From positions 1 through 64,000 of the IMG/VR virus record IMGVR_UViG_3300023174_000077: DNA of 64,000 nucleotides; one strand, 5' to 3'. The stretch comes from a virus. A model generated the notes under the pieces. It saw only the letters and a program-made list of their open reading frames with translations, was not told the origin of the DNA and searched no databases. Both the position numbers and the translations under genes were made by a program. Every line of letters starts with the position of its first letter. The first letter of the stretch is position 1. Below are positions 1 through 8,181 of the stretch, piece after piece.

Positions 1-26
1 ATCATTAATTTAGAAATGTTTATCAT
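1..26 (-). CDS. 5' end of a small cassette gene running off the window (MINISKLM...)
   Basis: ATG at 26 lies downstream of a reverse copy of the GGAGCTGAG...TTTAACA...TTTGC...TACTTTTA promoter block also seen at 3601, 3931 and 4581. Confidence 0.5.
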
Positions 27-225
27 AATTTTAATTTTTATAAAAGTAGTTTAATTTTTGGAATTGAGCAAATTTTAGATGTTAAAGTTTTGTGAAACTG
101 ATTGGCTCAGCTCCGCAGATGGTATTACTCACTCTGTGAGTCTATCGGAGATAGTAAATTGTGCACTATATGTAAAAAATAAATAGTGCACAATTTAATA
201 CCATTTCGGACCGTTAGAGTTTGAA

Positions 226-257
226 TAAAAAAAAAGCACCCAATGGGTGCTTTTTTT
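226..257. terminator. Bidirectional intrinsic terminator
   Basis: A-tract-GCACCCA-A-TGGGTGC-T-tract just after the stop of ORF 272-1762. Confidence 0.8.
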
Positions 258-271
258 CAAATATTAAAAAT

Positions 272-1762
272 TTAATGTTTTATTAGAATGTTTAACATAG
301 GTGAACTATCTGTATAACGATAAGCAAATATATTACTCGAATTAATAATAAATTTATCAACAAATTCGTTTTCAAAAGTTATTCGTTCCATATCAACTGA
401 ATAATCTATATTTAATAATTCATATAAAATATTTTTCACATGACTACAAATACTTAAGTTTTCAACACCCATTACAGATATTGTAAATAAAAAATATTTA
501 TCGGACAATAAAGTTTTTTGCTTATTAAATAAAGTTGTAATACGCTCTTTCTCTGAATTCCACCGACACATTAAATCAATATCCATAATAGGTTTTGGCT
601 GTGCCGCAATAATATCTCCAAATGTAATATTAATCTTTTCATCTATTAATTTTTTTGCCGTATTACATAATACATCAATATCAATTTCATGAGAATATAT
701 AAAATTATCACCTATGATATTTAATTTATGTAACATTTCGATATACCTTTCTGGTGTGGGGCCTAATAAAGTTAATATAGGTTTATTAACATTAGCAAGT
801 TTTGTATATAAATCTGTTTGCACATAATGTTTTCTTGGCGTATTAGAATATTCTTTTTTTAATTTAACATCATTCTTAATAGATAAAATTTGTTTATCTA
901 ATTTAGATATATCAAATTTTCTTATGTTTGCATCATAATTTAGCAATAAACGCTTTCTTTTTTCCGTTACTTGTTGAATCGAACGATGCCATTTTTTACA
1001 AAATTCATTATTATTAAAATCCTTAACAAGTATATCTAAATATTCCTCTTTTGACCATTTTTCACCAAACCTACTAGCAGTTAATGACGACTGATAATAT
1101 AATATTTTATGATGTACACCATGCCCAGTCTTATTTAGTATATTAGATATTTCTTTATATGTCATCCCCTCATCAAACAATTTTATAGCATGTTTTATTT
1201 CATTTAATGTCCAATGACAAGACGAAAATAATTCCTTAGCTTTTTTTGAATTACGCTTGGATTTTAAAGAAATATTTTCATTACGTTCCAAACGCTTTAT
1301 AGTGTTAATTTTATTCCTAACAATATTACCATTTATATTAAGCTCCCTTGTTATAGCTGGTATCGAAGCGTTAATTTCTAATAACCCTTTCAATTTGGCT
1401 TCAAGTTCATTAGTCCATTCAAAACGTGCTTTACTAGGTATGTCCAACCCTTTATATCTAACCAAATAAATACGTTTTTTAGTCAAAGCAGTTTTCGGTA
1501 AACTCATTAAATTAGAAATAGAACTAATTGATAAACCTTCTTTAAGATGTCCAATAAATGTGTTAACCAATTCTTCTGTCCATTCAACCGTAATATTGCC
1601 AAATTTTTCAACTCTAATGTTCCCTTGATTGATATGATATTGCTTTAAAATTAAAGTCTTTTCTGGTATTGATAAAATATCCGAAATATCTTTATAAGAC
1701 ATATTATTTTTACGATATTCTAAAAATAAATCTTCTGTTTCTTTTGTGAATACTTTTCCCAT
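272..1762 (-). CDS. Multi-HTH/Myb-like repeat DNA-binding protein with a C-terminal Rossmann/methyltransferase-like domain
   Basis: Repeated W(T/S)xEE...G.S...I...L units (WTEEL, WTNEL, WTLNE, WSKEE); C-terminal LTLLGP...SHEID...FGDI...DIDL pattern. Confidence 0.6.
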   Translation of the reverse strand: MGKVFTKETEDLFLEYRKNNMSYKDISDILSIPEKTLILKQYHINQGNIRVEKFGNITVEWTEELVNTFIGHLKEGLSISSISNLMSLPKTALTKKRIYLVRYKGLDIPSKARFEWTNELEAKLKGLLEINASIPAITRELNINGNIVRNKINTIKRLERNENISLKSKRNSKKAKELFSSCHWTLNEIKHAIKLFDEGMTYKEISNILNKTGHGVHHKILYYQSSLTASRFGEKWSKEEYLDILVKDFNNNEFCKKWHRSIQQVTEKRKRLLLNYDANIRKFDISKLDKQILSIKNDVKLKKEYSNTPRKHYVQTDLYTKLANVNKPILTLLGPTPERYIEMLHKLNIIGDNFIYSHEIDIDVLCNTAKKLIDEKINITFGDIIAAQPKPIMDIDLMCRWNSEKERITTLFNKQKTLLSDKYFLFTISVMGVENLSICSHVKNILYELLNIDYSVDMERITFENEFVDKFIINSSNIFAYRYTDSSPMLNILIKH

Positions 1763-2133
1763 AATATTACAACAAAAATAGCCTTTCTTTTTAGACTAAC
1801 CAAATTACAAATGTTAAAGTTAAGTTAATGATTTGCACTCAGACGCTTCGGAACATATAAAATTGTGCACGATATATTGTTTGGTTAAATACTCACTTCG
1901 TGAGATTCACGGAGTGAAAGCTCGCAAAGCGAGATTCGTTGAAAACGAATAGTGCACAATTTTATATGTCTATCTACCCGATTCGATTCACAAACAAATT
2001 AATTTTTTTAAATATAACTTTTATGAAATATTTATTTTTTTTTTATATAATGTAGAGCAAGATGCAGTGATAAATAATATATGCAAAAATAAAATATTAA
2101 CTAAATCTTTCAAAAAGAATTAATATATAATCA

Positions 2134-2313
2134 ATGAAAGATTATTTAATTGATATATTACCAGAACTTAAAATTGCATTAAATATGCAATTAAATTATA
2201 TTAATGATATTCCACACCTAACATTAATAAAAACTGATGTAGAAACAATTACAATCATAGGTGATACTGAAATAACAACTTACCTAAATAAATTAATTAA
2301 TTTTGAAATTTAA
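2134..2313 (+). CDS. Small hypothetical protein, 59 aa (MKDYLIDILPELK...), not in the ORF track
   Basis: Hand-translated open frame preceded by the TAATATATA late-type motif. Confidence 0.55.
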   Translation: MKDYLIDILPELKIALNMQLNYINDIPHLTLIKTDVETITIIGDTEITTYLNKLINFEI

Positions 2314-2349
2314 ATGTTAAAATTTATTTTAAAATTTTAACATTTTTTA

Positions 2350-2381
2350 TTTGGCTATTTCATTTACAATCAATACATTTG
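2350..2381 (+). promoter_or_regulatory. Bacteroidota sigma70-type promoter (-33 TTTG / -7 TAnnTTTG)
   Basis: TTTG at 2350 and TACATTTG at 2374. Similar -7 boxes near 2720, 5826, 6355, 7186, 8650 and 62495 (+) and near 1773, 35193 and 43121 (-). Confidence 0.7.
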
Positions 2382-2396
2382 ATAAAACATTTCAAA

Positions 2397-2660
2397 ATGG
2401 CCAAACAAAAGAAATTAAAACTTGATTTCAGAATTTTATCTGACGTTAAATGCATTTGTGGCTGCAATAGATACATTAAACAAAATGTGATTGATAGAAA
2501 CCCAACAGCCAGAAATTGCTATTTGAGCCACCTACTCGCTCACGGTAAAACACAGATATTCGCAGGTGCCTCAACTGATATAAGAACAGGTATAAGAACA
2601 CCTCGTTATATAAACATTCGTGAAACATTAAATCATATTAAAAGAAAACAACTTGTATAA
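2397..2660 (+). CDS. Small basic protein with a CxCGC motif
   Basis: ORF track; ATG 2397 follows the promoter; CICGC motif. Confidence 0.6.
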   Translation: MAKQKKLKLDFRILSDVKCICGCNRYIKQNVIDRNPTARNCYLSHLLAHGKTQIFAGASTDIRTGIRTPRYINIRETLNHIKRKQLV

Positions 2661-2744
2661 TAACATTTTGTAAAAAAACATTTTGTTGAAAATTGTTTTG
2701 TAGTTTCAAAACTTTTTTTTATCTTTGCAGTATAATAAGCAACA

Positions 2745-2945
2745 AGGACAAGAGCAGCAAATTAAATATTCAAACAATAAAATCGTAAATTTAAAAGTTA
2801 GCGTCTTGGGATAGCGCCGGTGGTACAATTAATTTAATAAAACCTTTTTCACACGCCACCGAAACACTAAAAATTGTCCTGCATAAAATTACTATACAGC
2901 AATTCTTAACAGGATACATTGGTTCAACTCCAAAAATAGTAATTT
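2745..2945 (+). ncRNA. Putative tRNA-like/Y-RNA-like structured RNA, two tandem units
   Basis: Promoter TATCTTTGCA at 2720 and no ORF. Stems AGGACAA/TTGTCCT and AAATTACTAT/ATAGTAATTT are each followed closely by CAGCAA. T-arm TTGG-TTCAACT-CCAA at 2919-2933; terminator at 3004-3041. Confidence 0.55.
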
Positions 2946-3003
2946 GATACTCATATTAAAACATTAAATTTGTTTAATGATTTTCATGTGTTTTTGGTTA
3001 CAC

Positions 3004-3041
3004 AAAAAAACTCTTATTGAGCAATCATTAAGAGTTTTTTA
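3004..3041 (+). terminator. Intrinsic terminator
   Basis: AAAAAAACTCTTA...TAAGAGTTTTTT inverted repeat. Confidence 0.7.
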
Positions 3042-3301
3042 TTTTTATACAATTCTCCGTTACCAAAAAGTGTAACAAAAATATGTAACACATCTCATAT
3101 TATATTTTTTTCTTATATATCATCATATTTCTTTTTTATTTTATATTTAGTATTTGGTATTAAATATAATTAGGCTATGATAACTATCAATTTCATTAAT
3201 CTGAAATAGATTTACAATTTCAAAAAAATTTATGAAAAAATAAAAAAAACTTATCCACTTAATCCAACAATTTATCCACACTCGAAAATCGAGCTATCAT
3301 A

Positions 3302-3490
3302 CATATTAAATTGTGCACGATTCGTTTTAAACGAAAGTATTTAAAATTATTTTATATAAATTATTTATATATGTTTCTGGTTAAAACCAAGAGATTTCTG
3401 GTTAAAATTCATATTAAATTGTGCACGATTCGTTTTAAACGAAAGTATTTAAAATTATTTTATATAAATTATTTATATATGTTTTTGGTT
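3302..3490 (+). repeat. Tandem duplication (~80 bp, period 108) starting with a palindrome left arm
   Basis: 3302-3382 is nearly identical to 3410-3490. Confidence 0.9.
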
Positions 3491-3600
3491 TTTTACATCC
3501 GCACACATCCATGAAACATATTAAATTGTGCACTATATAACCAATCATTTTCAGAAGGCATACCAAGCAAAGAAGTATTTAGTGAATAGTGCACAATTTT

Positions 3601-3689
3601 ATATGATCGCCGGAGCTGAGACAATTTCTTTAACATAACATTAACAAAATAAATTTTGCCACTAAAAAATAATTAACTACTTTTACACT
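3601..3689 (+). promoter_or_regulatory. Repeated early-promoter block ATGATCGCCGGAGCTGAG...[32 protein letters not shown]...TAyTTTTACA
   Basis: Near-identical copies at 3601-3689, 3929-4030 and 4581-4672, and a diverged reverse copy at ~40-120; each is directly upstream of a small ORF. Confidence 0.8.
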
Positions 3690-3863
3690 ATGATATTTAA
3701 TAATCCAATTCGTTCGGGAAAAGTAAGAAACGGTATCAATTGGTATCAGTATAAAAATGGAACTATTGTAATAGAAAAACAAAAATATATCTTTTATAGT
3801 ATAAAAGAAGCAATAGCTAAATATAGAAAACAATTTCCCAAATATAAAAAACTTTGTGTTTAA
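3690..3863 (+). CDS. Small basic protein, 57 aa (MIFNNPIRSGKVRNGINWYQY...), probably leaderless
   Basis: Hand-translated; ATG 4 nt after the -7 box; followed by a hairpin at 3878-3904. Confidence 0.65.
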   Translation: MIFNNPIRSGKVRNGINWYQYKNGTIVIEKQKYIFYSIKEAIAKYRKQFPKYKKLCV

Positions 3864-4044
3864 TGCCTCGATTTCGGAAGGCTTTCCTTTTCTAAGGAGA
3901 GCCTAAATAATATATAGTGCACAATTTTATATGATCGCAGGAGCTGAGATTCTACGAGCAATAAAATAGCTTTAACATAACCTTAACAAAATAAATTTTG
4001 CCGAACAATAATAATAACCTATTTTTACACAAAATTAAAAACTT

Positions 4045-4410
4045 ATGAAATATTTAGGTGTAGACATTTACAAAACTTCAACATATAATAGTTGTCCTCT
4101 AAATTATTCAGACAAATTTACCAAATTTGTTATTGAGTGTGAAAAAGGCAATTTATCAAAAGAAGATATTGAAGGTTACGCCATTATAAGAATTGTAAAG
4201 GGTAATTTGCCAAATACGCTAAAAGCGGTAATCATAGACCCAACTACAAATCAAAAATTAGTTTTAAATAAAGCCGTAGAAATGTTTGGCGGATATTACG
4301 TTGTAACATCAGATTCAAGGTTTAGCGAATTATGTAAAGCAATTTTAGGATTAGATATTCATTTTAGTTATCCAATCCCTTTACACGACAGATATGAATA
4401 TGTAAATTAA
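4045..4410 (+). CDS. Hypothetical phage protein (MFGGxY...SDSRF...IPLHDRYE)
   Basis: ORF track; flanked by the promoter block and a terminator. Confidence 0.8.
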   Translation: MKYLGVDIYKTSTYNSCPLNYSDKFTKFVIECEKGNLSKEDIEGYAIIRIVKGNLPNTLKAVIIDPTTNQKLVLNKAVEMFGGYYVVTSDSRFSELCKAILGLDIHFSYPIPLHDRYEYVN

Positions 4411-4429
4411 TATATTCTCACATATAGTG

Positions 4430-4461
4430 AAAAAAGTCGCTCATTTGAGCGACTTTTTTTT
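4430..4461 (+). terminator. Intrinsic terminator
   Basis: AAAAAAGTCGCTCA-TT-TGAGCGACTTTTTTT. Confidence 0.85.
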
Positions 4462-4689
4462 GTGCATTTCATGCACACGATTCATGAGGGCATCGATGGG
4501 AAATATTAAATTGTGCACTATTCGTTTTCAACGAATCTCACAAAGTGAGTATATGGTTATATAATATAGTGCACAATTTAATATGATCGCCGGAGCTGAG
4601 ATGATAAAATCGCTTTAACATAACCTTAACAAAATAAATTTTGCCAGCACATTATAATAAACTACTTTTACATCACAAATAAACAAATA

Positions 4690-4869
4690 ATGAATATAGA
4701 AACACACATAAAGAACATTAAACCAGGAGACACTATCCTATTCAATAACGTCCCAACAACCGTCACAGAAAAAAATATTAAATATGACAAATTTATAGGC
4801 AAAACTTTATTTGGTGACTCTTACAATTTAGGAACTAAACTCGTTATTAAAATCACCTCTGATAAATAA
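4690..4869 (+). CDS. Small phage protein, 59 aa (MNIETHIKNIKPGDTIL...LFGDSYNLG)
   Basis: Hand-translated; follows the promoter block. Confidence 0.7.
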   Translation: MNIETHIKNIKPGDTILFNNVPTTVTEKNIKYDKFIGKTLFGDSYNLGTKLVIKITSDK

Positions 4870-4880
4870 CATTTTGTAAT

Positions 4881-5198
4881 ATGTCACTCCACACAGAATA
4901 TATCAAAATAGAAAATATAGAAGTAAAATTCTCCATCCATTTCAATAGAAATAAAATCAATTATTTCACATATGAAAAAATTGATATAGGTTACCGTGTT
5001 TCAGCAACACCAGTCAAACGAACACAAGATAAAAATATTACAATCGAGGAATCCGTAGCTTTCAGTGGATTTGCAGATACCTTATTGATAGCCGAGAGGC
5101 AAAGCAAAAAAAGACTTGAAGAAGCAATCAAAATACTCAATGATAGAAAAGAAAAATATATAAATTGGTTTAAAGAAAAATATAATCTTAAAACTTAA
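4881..5198 (+). CDS. Hypothetical protein
   Basis: ORF track; terminator at 5232-5256. Confidence 0.75.
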   Translation: MSLHTEYIKIENIEVKFSIHFNRNKINYFTYEKIDIGYRVSATPVKRTQDKNITIEESVAFSGFADTLLIAERQSKKRLEEAIKILNDRKEKYINWFKEKYNLKT

Positions 5199-5640
5199 AC
5201 GCTGTTATTTGTTTTTTGTGACCATAAATAAAGACCCCTTTTCTAAGGGGTTTTTCTTTATGTTACACTTTTTTGTAACATTTTTAATATTATAATTTTT
5301 CTTAATACGTTATTATATTTTGGTTTTATCTTATATTTAATGCTTTATATTAAATATAATTAGGCTATAATAACTACTCGCTCAATCATTACACAATGTA
5401 TAAAAAAATTCTAAAAAACAAAATTTATTTTATCCACACGAACTGTAGCATCATATTAAATTGTGCACTATTCGTTTCCAACGAATCTCACTTCGTGAGT
5501 ATATATTTATAGTATATATAGTGCACAATTTAATATAAATTTTTACCAGAAATCTCTTGGTTTAACCAGAAACAAATAGTGCACAATTTAATATAATTTC
5601 GAAGCCTGTTTTTATGAGTTTTTGTTTTTTAAAAATTTTT

Positions 5641-6183
5641 AAAGCACTGTTTCAATACAGTGCTTTTTTTTATGCATTCACTCAAGCATCGAATCGACCT
5701 GAATCGACATCGAAAAGTAATATTAAATTGTGCACTATATAACTATATAATATAGTGCACAATTTAATATAATTTCTAAGCCTCTTTTTATGAGTTTTTG
5801 TTTTTTAGTTTCAAAAAAATATTCTTATCTTTGTTAAACACAAAAAACAAATATTATGAATTGTCAAAGATGTGATAATCAAGAAGCCAAAAGCTTAACT
5901 TGCTCACGCTTCAATACACAAATGATTTGCAACACTTGCGAACAAAAAGAAAAACAACACAAAGACTATCAAAAAGCGTATGATACTGAACTCAACGAAG
6001 TTAAAAAGGGCAACTATAACTTTGAAGGGATCGGTTTACCTGACGATTTAAAATAATTTATAAAAAATTAATATATTAAAAAAAAGCACTGTTTCAACAC
6101 AGTGCTTTTTTTTATGCATTCAACTCAAGCATCGAATCGACATGAATCGACATCGAAAATTAATATTAAATTGTGCACTATAT
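5641..6183 (+). repeat. ~100-bp direct repeats (terminator + TCGA-rich spacer + left arm) flanking gene 5856-6056
   Basis: 5641-5740 matches 6083-6183 (AAAGCACTGTTTCAAyACAGTGC...GCATCGAATCGAC...ATTAAATTGTGCACTATAT). Confidence 0.9.
5856..6056 (+). CDS. Small Zn-finger-like protein (CxxC...CxxC)
   Basis: CQRC and CNTC motifs; promoter TATCTTTG upstream and terminator downstream. Confidence 0.75.
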   Translation: MNCQRCDNQEAKSLTCSRFNTQMICNTCEQKEKQHKDYQKAYDTELNEVKKGNYNFEGIGLPDDLK

Positions 6184-6377
6184 GTTTTTAATTATATAGT
6201 GCACAATTTAATATGATCGCGTAGCTAGGGTCTAACATTAGCCCTCATTTGTATTAAACTCGTTTGTAATTTTTTCATTTGCGAAAAATAAATACAAAAA
6301 TTAATATATCTCAACTAACAAACTGATTTAACTTTTTCTTAACTTTTTCTTACCTATCTTTGTTAAAACAAAAAAAA

Positions 6378-6554
6378 ATGAAAACCATAACAATATTATT
6401 TTTCTTATTTGGACTATTCTCCACATATAAGATTAAAAAAGAATGTGGCGAATGGAAACATTTTAATATAAATGAAGTTTCTCTTATATATAATGTCGGA
6501 TTTATATTAGGTATTATAATATTGTTCGTACTGATAATTAAATACTTACCGTGA
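6378..6554 (+). CDS. Small two-TM membrane protein
   Basis: Two hydrophobic stretches; promoter at 6355; terminator at 6618-6643. Confidence 0.65.
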   Translation: MKTITILFFLFGLFSTYKIKKECGEWKHFNINEVSLIYNVGFILGIIILFVLIIKYLP

Positions 6555-7217
6555 GTCTCGCTTTACGAGTACAATAAAAATTTGTTATTTGTTATTTGTT
6601 TTTTAGTGTGATTATGTAGCGCCTTTTCTAAGGCGCTTTTTTTATATCCGTAACAAAATTCTGTTACACTTCCACTCCTCTCAACCTCTAACCAAATATT
6701 AAATTAATATTATATACTTTTATTCTTTTATAATTATCTTTTTTATAAAATCAAATATACAAAAGTTTCCACAGAAAAACATATTTTAGCCGTTCTAATA
6801 TAGTGCACGAATCCTTGCGTCGATCGATCATATTAAATTGTGCGCTATATAATTAAAAACATATACTCACTTTGTGAGATTCGTTGAAAACGAATAGCGC
6901 ACAATTTAATATGATTATCATGCCTCAGCGTTTCAAAAACATATTACAAAAATTTATATATGTCGTTGAACTAAACATTAACTTTTCTTTAACAATATAT
7001 TCACTAACTTAGTGTTTCACACATGTATATTCAAACAACATATAGCGCACAATTTACTATCACTCCGTGATAGAGTCACTTTGTGAGTAATATGACCGAT
7101 CATTTTTGCTATCTACTTTGAGCAAGTTCAAACAACATTAACTTTTCTTTAACAACTAACTATTGTTAGCCTCAATAAAACAAACTATCTTTGTGTAATC
7201 ACACAAATAAAAAATCT

Positions 7218-7562
7218 ATGACTATTCAATTCTCAATCGTTGATAAATCAACTGATACAAAAAATTTAGACGAAGTTTTACAAAAAATTAAAGCTAACTT
7301 CATATTCAATACTAAAGAATATATTAGCGACAAAGCCTTCGATACAATATGTGAAATAGCAAAATCAATCTTAATAAAAGATAAACAATTAAATCATAAC
7401 ACAAAACTAATTAGACGTATCTTAAAACACAACACTACTAATACAACTCCAGAAGATATAAAAGATACCGAACTTAAACTAAATACATTATTACAAAATA
7501 TACATTTAGAAACAGAAATCAAACAAGCTTTTAATATACAACTTAATCCTCATATGAACTAA
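7218..7562 (+). CDS. Hypothetical protein
   Basis: ORF track (ATG 7218 follows TATCTTTG); palindromic terminator at 7580-7620. Confidence 0.65.
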   Translation: MTIQFSIVDKSTDTKNLDEVLQKIKANFIFNTKEYISDKAFDTICEIAKSILIKDKQLNHNTKLIRRILKHNTTNTTPEDIKDTELKLNTLLQNIHLETEIKQAFNIQLNPHMN

Positions 7563-7862
7563 CATATAAATATTAGACATAGAAAAAAGGCCAAGCTATT
7601 ATAGCTTGGCCTTTTTTCTATATATGATACATAGCAAGAGTTCGAGCTGTAGCGATCATATTAAATTGTGCATTATTTAATTATATAACATTATTAAAGT
7701 TATGTTAAAATTAGGTATGGCGCATTTTGCGATATGTTAATATTATGTTAAATATAGGGTATATGGACTATGCTCGAAAAGTGCCCTTTAGAGGCTCCTG
7801 GTACTTTTTAGGTTTGTTTTTTCTTTTAAATCCCAAACTTATCCAAGAAACTTCTCCTATTG

Positions 7863-8110
7863 AAGGATTTTTTATCGTTCTAAATTTCCAAAAAAATTCC
7901 AAAAAAATTGTATAGTTAAATCTATTAAACTCTTTAAGGTGGATTTTTTATTGTTCCAAATATTTTCCAAATCAATTGAAAAAAATTTCAAAATAATCTA
8001 TATTTTATTCTATAGAAATCTATAAGGTGGATTTTTTATCGTTTTATAATTTTTGAAAAATCCTGTATACTTAAATCTATTGAAGTATATAAGGTGGATT
8101 TTTTATCGTG
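7863..8110 (+). repeat. Four iteron-like direct repeats AAGG(TGG)ATTTTTTATyGT; candidate replication origin
   Basis: Copies at 7863, 7936, 8024 and 8091 in an AT-rich non-coding gap. Confidence 0.7.
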
Positions 8111-8144
8111 TATGTTAAAGTCATGAGTTTTTTATTATGAATTA

Positions 8145-8154
8145 TTAATATATA
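8145..8154 (+). promoter_or_regulatory. Putative phage late promoter motif TAATATATA
   Basis: Recurs shortly upstream of starts at 2134, 8182, 43197, 49556, 53410, 59537 and 62088 (+) and 18249, 21923, 33268 and 49057 (-); analogous to T4 TATAAATA. Confidence 0.65.
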
Positions 8155-8181
8155 AGTTTAAGATTAAAAAAAATTATAATT

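Larger units (their letters stand above)
124..7672. repeat. Dispersed array of ~22 arms of an interrupted palindrome (CATATTAAATTGTGCACTAT ... ATAGTGCACAATTTAATATG)
   Basis: Left arms at ~155, 1854, 3302, 3410, 3517, 4503, 5452, 5720, 6163, 6829, 7657. Right arms at ~183, 1949, 3586, 3914, 4566, 5518, 5576, 5752, 6196, 6894, 7042. Not seen in the rest of the window. Confidence 0.95.

Noticed and set aside
2745-2945. Canonical tRNA gene
   Set aside because: No complete cloverleaf (no D-arm or matching acceptor stem with CCA); kept only as a tRNA-like RNA
3311-3514. 67-aa ORF with an internal repeat
   Set aside because: It is the translation of the 108-bp tandem duplication of a non-coding repeat, with a TTG start inside the arm
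3630-3833. Minus-strand 67-aa ORF
   Set aside because: It is the shadow of the plus-strand gene 3690-3863, which has a promoter and terminator
124-7672. CRISPR array interpretation of the repeats
   Set aside because: Arms alternate in orientation, spacing is irregular (13 bp to over 1 kb), whole genes lie between them and no cas genes are present
7727-7915. 62-aa ORF
   Set aside because: TTG start, no promoter and overlap with the iteron-like repeats; likely non-coding
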